From: Thermoplasmatota archaeon
GTDB lineage: Archaea; Thermoplasmatota; JAKEGO01
Reading direction: 5' to 3'
Assembly (NCBI GenBank): GCA_028279595.1
Contig: JANQNK010000019.1
Location: 33,965 to 97,964 of the forward strand
DNA: 64,000 bases
Below, piece after piece: positions 59,507-64,000 of the stretch. Position 1 is the stretch's first letter, and each line of letters opens with the position of its first letter. A program made the translations under genes and the position numbers. Below the pieces are notes generated by a model. The model worked only from the letters and a program-made list of their open reading frames with translations, had not been told where the DNA came from and ran no database searches.

Positions 59507-59984
59507 TCGATGCCTCCGGATCGTCGTTGCAGGAACCTGGACAGGGGTCCATGACACCCTCGCGGTGGTACTTCTTGAAGTTCTCCAGCCACTTAGGGTT
59601 CTCACGGGTCCTCATGAAATCAACGAAGCTCGCCAGGAGCTCCATTGTCTCGGGCCTGGCCACGTGCTCGATCTTGCACGCCTCGTCGTCGGCGGTCTCG
59701 GGGTCCATCCCGAGTATCTCGAAGAACTCCTGAAGGACCTCGTGGCGCTTGAGCAATGTCTCGGCGACCTCCATGCCCCTGTCGGTGAGGGTCATCCCGC
59801 TGTTGGGCTCGTAGTTGACGAAGCCGTCCGCCGACAGACGCCGCGCCATCTGGGTGGTGGCTGCCTGGGTGACCTCCATGCGAACGGCCACGTCGGATAC
59901 CTTGGCGTAGCCCTTCTCCTTAACGACAGCGTGTATGGCCTCGAGGTATTCCTCGTACCGGGTCCCTACCATCGGTCCGTCCAT
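59499..59984 (-). CDS. DtxR/MntR family metal-dependent transcriptional regulator
   Basis: EEYLEAI, HTH, LT..G...A...RH, ACKIEH. Confidence 0.9.
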   Translation of the reverse strand: MDGPMVGTRYEEYLEAIHAVVKEKGYAKVSDVAVRMEVTQAATTQMARRLSADGFVNYEPNSGMTLTDRGMEVAETLLKRHEVLQEFFEILGMDPETADDEACKIEHVARPETMELLASFVDFMRTRENPKWLENFKKYHREGVMDPCPGSCNDDPEASND

Positions 59985-60074
59985 TCCCCTCGCGGTTAAA
60001 ACCTTTTTGTATAACATGGTTCAGGACATCGGGTGTGGTAATCCATTTATTCCGAATTGCGTTATGTATCGACA

Positions 60075-60806
60075 ATGGGTATCAAGCGGGTGGACCGCAA
60101 GGTCCGTGATCTCATGAGGAGACGGTATTATGCCTTCGATATCCTGGTGATCGGTGTCCTATTGGGACCGATACTAGTTATTGGCGGAATGATCGCAGGT
60201 GTGCCTGGAGTGTGCCTTACATATATCGTCCTGTTACCACTATTTGTCATCTTTTTCTCGATCATCATGATGCCCGATGAACAGATTGAATTGCGGGCCA
60301 GAAGGAAAGGGTGGTGCATTGAGAGCCTATCGTTGGTTCCTGATAGGGAGTTCAATCTCCTCCTGATCTCACTTTCAGGATTGTTTCTGACACTCGTTTA
60401 CCTTTCAAAGGCCTTCGGTGGACCCGCAAGCGACTGGTTCTGGAGTCCGGCACGAATGTTATTCTGTTCGCTTATGGCATTACCTCTGGTCCTTTGGAGT
60501 GTCATCAGACATATCGATAAGGATGAACTGTATCTCAGCAGATGCATTGGCCTCCCTCTGGAAGAACTTGAGGAGTCAGCGCAAAAGATCTTGAAAGATC
60601 ATGATATCGAATTCGAGGTTCTCCCACCCTATTCGTTCGACAATCTTGTCAAGTACAGACTCTCGAATCTCCTGGAAATCAGGTATCGTGTGGGAAAGCA
60701 GATCATCTATATTGGCCCATTGATGAGTTACAATCGGAAGGACGCATATAAATTGGCAGAGACATTCGACAACGATCTCATCTCAGGATTAAATAGGAAG
60801 AAATGA
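60075..60806 (+). CDS. Hypothetical membrane protein (4 TM), AT-richer than flanks
   Basis: Open frame with four hydrophobic segments; frequent A/T third positions. Confidence 0.6.
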   Translation: MGIKRVDRKVRDLMRRRYYAFDILVIGVLLGPILVIGGMIAGVPGVCLTYIVLLPLFVIFFSIIMMPDEQIELRARRKGWCIESLSLVPDREFNLLLISLSGLFLTLVYLSKAFGGPASDWFWSPARMLFCSLMALPLVLWSVIRHIDKDELYLSRCIGLPLEELEESAQKILKDHDIEFEVLPPYSFDNLVKYRLSNLLEIRYRVGKQIIYIGPLMSYNRKDAYKLAETFDNDLISGLNRKK

Positions 60807-60827
60807 TATGGGTGACCGGGACCCGCC

Positions 60828-61676
60828 ATGAAGCTCGGAATATCGATGGACGTATACAGGAAGACCTGCGACCCGGTCGAAGCCGTCAACAGACTGGCGG
60901 ACATCGGGTTCGAGCGGCTTGATTTCAATCTATCCGACTACGTCTCCAGGGAGTCCCCGCTCGCGGGGGACGGATGGCTTGAATGGCTGGACGGCATCGC
61001 GGATGCTGTCAGGGATAGGAGAATGAAGGTTAGCCAGGTCCACGCACCCATCTACCGGGCCCTGGGCGAGCACGACAGGGACGACCATCTCGACCTCATG
61101 ACCGAGAGGATGTTCCATGCCTGCGAGATGATGCGGATACCCTACGCCGTATTCCATCCGAGGTTCCGTCGAGAGGGTGTGCTCCTCAAGAACGCCGTCG
61201 AGACCAGGAAGTGGAACGTCGACTGGCTCAGGGTATGGGCCGACAGGGCGGGGGAGTCGAACGTCTCCATAGCCATCGAGAACCTCTTCGACTTCTGGGA
61301 CGGTCCGGCCTACTGCACCAACTCGCGAACGATAGTCGATCTGATAGAGGGGATCGATCGCGACAACGTCTTCGTCTGCCTGGATACGGGACACGCATGG
61401 ATCTCGGGGAACGAACCCTCCGAGTTCGCCAGGGAACTGGGACCGAGATTGAAGGTCCTTCACATACACGACAACCTCGGGAAGGGCGACCAGCACGTGG
61501 CTCCCTTCGTCGGCACCATCGACTGGCCCAATTTCGTGAGGACACTGAAGGCGATCGAATACGCTGGCGTCTTCTCCCTCGAGATACATCATTACGCTCA
61601 GAGGATGCCGCCGGCGATGATAGACGATGCCGTTCGCTTGGCCCACAGGATAGGAACACACCTGGTCGAGATGTGA
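60828..61676 (+). CDS. Sugar phosphate isomerase/epimerase (AP endonuclease 2 TIM barrel)
   Basis: VHAP, VFHP, IAIEN, CLDTGHA, LHIHDN.G..DQH, GTIDW, SLE. Confidence 0.88.
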   Translation: MKLGISMDVYRKTCDPVEAVNRLADIGFERLDFNLSDYVSRESPLAGDGWLEWLDGIADAVRDRRMKVSQVHAPIYRALGEHDRDDHLDLMTERMFHACEMMRIPYAVFHPRFRREGVLLKNAVETRKWNVDWLRVWADRAGESNVSIAIENLFDFWDGPAYCTNSRTIVDLIEGIDRDNVFVCLDTGHAWISGNEPSEFARELGPRLKVLHIHDNLGKGDQHVAPFVGTIDWPNFVRTLKAIEYAGVFSLEIHHYAQRMPPAMIDDAVRLAHRIGTHLVEM

Positions 61677-61688
61677 CGCGCGACCGGA

Positions 61689-62429
61689 TCACTTGTTGAT
61701 CGGCCTCAGGACGTAAACTGCGAATCCGAGATATTCCCGGCCGTACTCGAGGTACAGGTCCTGGTTCTTCCTCATCCAATCGATGACCTGCTGTCTGTCG
61801 GGATGATCCGGATTGTGGTCGAGCCAATGGTTGAGACCGCGCCAGTTGTTCGATTCGTAATTATCCCAGCCCTGCTCGCTAGAGCGTATCATGTACTCCA
61901 GGTCGAACCCTTCCTCGCGTGCGATCCTAAGTATCCCCATCTCGTTCGTGAAGCCCGGATTCTCGTTCAGGTACTCCTCGGGAACTGGTTCCTTCCTCCA
62001 GTACGGCTCACCAACGATGAGCTTGCCTCCGGGTTTGAGGGCGTCAATCATGCCTTGGAGGGTGTTCCGGAACCCGCCCCATATGAAGGATGCGCCGATA
62101 CACATGGCATGATCGTAGGAGTTGGGTTCGAACTCGAACTCCTTTCCATCACCCTTCACTATCTCGATGCGGTCGGAGAGACCCTCCCTTTCGAGGATCT
62201 CGCGGGCGCGGCGGACGGATTGGTCCCGGACGTCGACCCCGGTCCCTGTGACCCCGTATGCCTTCGACCAAACGGCAAGGAACTTGCCACAGCCGCAGCC
62301 GAAATCGATCAATCTGTCGTCCTCGTCAAGCGCGAGGACCTCGCCCAGCTTGATCACCTGATCTATGGTAAGTGGATTGATTATCTCCATGAACGGTTCG
62401 CAAAGGTCATATATCTTCATCTCTTCCAT
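61689..62429 (-). CDS. Class I SAM-dependent methyltransferase
   Basis: LIDFGCGCG, GVD, CIGASFIWGG, LKPGGKL.VGE. Confidence 0.9.
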   Translation of the reverse strand: MEEMKIYDLCEPFMEIINPLTIDQVIKLGEVLALDEDDRLIDFGCGCGKFLAVWSKAYGVTGTGVDVRDQSVRRAREILEREGLSDRIEIVKGDGKEFEFEPNSYDHAMCIGASFIWGGFRNTLQGMIDALKPGGKLIVGEPYWRKEPVPEEYLNENPGFTNEMGILRIAREEGFDLEYMIRSSEQGWDNYESNNWRGLNHWLDHNPDHPDRQQVIDWMRKNQDLYLEYGREYLGFAVYVLRPINK

Positions 62430-62480
62430 GGTATCACTCGGGTAACATCGGACAATGTCTCATAAGCGTTTTGGATTTTA

Positions 62481-62755
62481 TGGGGGGAGGGACCAGGGAT
62501 TCCACAAGTCGGATACGATATGGAATCTCTGGGCTAGTCGATTCCCGCGGTAAGGGAATCGACGTCTGCAAGAGTCTTCGAGCACTACCACCTGGGTACA
62601 GACTCGAATTGACGAGAAGGTGGTGGTGCGGGGGAAGGGCTCGACTTCAATGATGCTTCGCATCATTTCGGTTCGGAAACATATTGAATGATGTTGGGAA
62701 TCAGTTTCCGAACACCCTACGCTAGGGCTAGGGTTCTTATCCACCCGACGCACCA
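62481..62755. repeat. Structured units adjacent to the tRNA-Leu 3' end (type-B unit 62624-62755; type-A-like hairpins 62481-62563)
   Basis: 62624 TGGTGCGGGGGAAGGG duplicates the tRNA-Leu 3' end; same hairpin order and TTCTTATC motif as the tRNA-Pro units. Confidence 0.75.
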
Positions 62756-62786
62756 TTCCTCCAAGTACTCATTAATTAAAACGGAA

Positions 62787-62874
62787 TGGTGCGGGGGAAG
62801 GGATTCGAACCCCCGAACCACTAAAGGACGGGATCTTAAGTCCCGCGCCGTTGGCCAGGCTTGGCTACCCCCGC
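62787..62874 (-). tRNA. tRNA-Leu(TAA), CCA encoded
   Basis: GCGGGGG/CCCCCGC-ACCA, CGGGA-CT-TAA-GA-TCCCG, long variable arm, TTCGAAT T loop. Confidence 0.95.
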
Positions 62875-63128
62875 ACTCACGTTGATATGAGGTACGTGAT
62901 ATTAACGATTGCGGAACGACATGTAAGGCCAACAGCGAACGTCATTACAGTATTCGTTCAAACTAGAAATGGAGAATTCATCGACGGGAGAAGCGGATCG
63001 ATCTTTCCTGACGACGCTCAGGGGACCGATCATCGTGATCTGGCCTGAAGTGTCGCCTGGGTCCCGGGTGGCCTCACCCGAGCGAAACTTATTATAACGA
63101 CTAAATTATAAAAAGAGTGGGTGCAAGA

Positions 63129-63617
63129 ATGTACGATGAGGACATACCGATGGACGTCGGAGTGCCGCCAGAACCGGACGATGACATGGTGCGGCCGATG
63201 AGGAGGCAGCGGAATCCCTACTACCGTCCGCATCCGATGAGGCCGAGGTCGGCACCAGGACTGTCGAGGTCAGGTATCGCCGCGCTCGTCGCGATCGGGA
63301 TCATGATCTTCTTCGTCGGAATGATAATCAGTAACCTCTGGCTCTTCCACGAGGAACCGGACGAGAGCGATTACGGTTACTACGAGGATGATCAGTACGA
63401 GAACGACGTCCAGGCCTACAGGATCGCAGTGAGGAACACGCTGGCCTTCGGACGGCTCGTCGCGGGTACGGGGCTCGTCCTCGCAGGCGGTGCATTGTTC
63501 CTTGGTGGGGTCAATGGCAAGGATATTCCCATCAAGATACGAAGGACGATGATAAACGGCGGTTCCCTGATGGTCGCCGCGGCCATTATCTCGATGATGA
63601 TGTTCACGCCTTTCTAG
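63129..63617 (+). CDS. Membrane protein, Pro/Arg-rich N-terminus plus 3 TM (likely paralog of 47409-47984)
   Basis: Same topology; shared GI..FF.G.II and AL..GG...K....IR..MI patterns. Confidence 0.65.
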   Translation: MYDEDIPMDVGVPPEPDDDMVRPMRRQRNPYYRPHPMRPRSAPGLSRSGIAALVAIGIMIFFVGMIISNLWLFHEEPDESDYGYYEDDQYENDVQAYRIAVRNTLAFGRLVAGTGLVLAGGALFLGGVNGKDIPIKIRRTMINGGSLMVAAAIISMMMFTPF

Positions 63618-63621
63618 GGAC

Positions 63622-64000
63622 TCACCAGGAGCGCGGAAGCTCTATCCAGAAACGACTCCCCACCCCGGGTTCCGACTCCACTCCGACGTTGCCGTCCATT
63701 CTCGACACTGCGGCTGATACAATGGCCAGACCGATCCCCGTGCCGGGGAATGCCCTGCCTCCGTTGAGGCGCTCGAACGGTTCGAAGACCCTGGGAGCGT
63801 GGTCGGCGCTTATCCCGATGCCGTTGTCCTCCACCCAGATCCTGACGTGACCGTCGATCCTCTCTGCGCGGACGCTGACCTTCGGGTTCTTCTCGGGATC
63901 CACGAACTTGAGCGCGTTCGAAAGAAGGTTCGACATGACCATGACGAGGGTCGGATGGCTGCCCCTGACGATGGGCATCACCGGATCGATGGTGACCACG
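63622..64000 (-). CDS. Sensor histidine kinase, C-terminal HATPase domain (partial, runs off the window)
   Basis: NLLSNALKF, VEDNGIGI, FEPF, GTGIGLAI, G.GSRF. Confidence 0.9.
   Translation of the reverse strand, partial: VVTIDPVMPIVRGSHPTLVMVMSNLLSNALKFVDPEKNPKVSVRAERIDGHVRIWVEDNGIGISADHAPRVFEPFERLNGGRAFPGTGIGLAIVSAAVSRMDGNVGVESEPGVGSRFWIELPRSW

Noticed and set aside
62624-62874. Integrated provirus or island bounded by tRNA-Leu attL/attR
   Set aside because: The duplicated 3' ends are only about 160 nt apart and no integrase or viral genes are present

Overview
GC-rich archaeal chromosomal segment, most consistent with an uncultured Thermoplasmata lineage. This is an inference from intron-containing tRNAs, TATA-box promoters, archaeal RibL/RibC, an ATP-dependent ligase, a PGF-CTERM protein and giant Ig-repeat surface proteins with a C-terminal Zn ribbon. 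Most of the window is housekeeping: a porGDAB-type oxidoreductase operon, gcvT, peptidases, a membrane PPase, riboflavin (ribB-ribL-ribC-ribH) and thiamine (thiM-thiE-thiC-thiL) operons, enolase, ligase, rsmA and an HPS-RraA fusion, plus many surface/membrane proteins, two RND/MMPL transporters and three tRNAs (Pro, Met, Leu). The most striking unexplained structure is non-coding. Arrays of structured elements lie directly 3' of two different tRNA genes (tRNA-Pro, 10559-11003; tRNA-Leu, 62481-62755). Complete units are closed by a copy of their own host tRNA's acceptor stem/3' end, yet they share one multi-hairpin architecture with compensatory changes, GNA-triloop hairpins, variable loops and conserved TCGAC, TTCTTATC and CTCATTRAT motifs. 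Other candidates: a ~200-nt rod-like hairpin between divergent promoters (26526-26722), a degenerate radical SAM/HhH gene with an in-frame TGA preceded by a stand-alone 33-aa Zn-ribbon microprotein, an IscU-DUF59 fusion, and variant PGF-like sorting tails.
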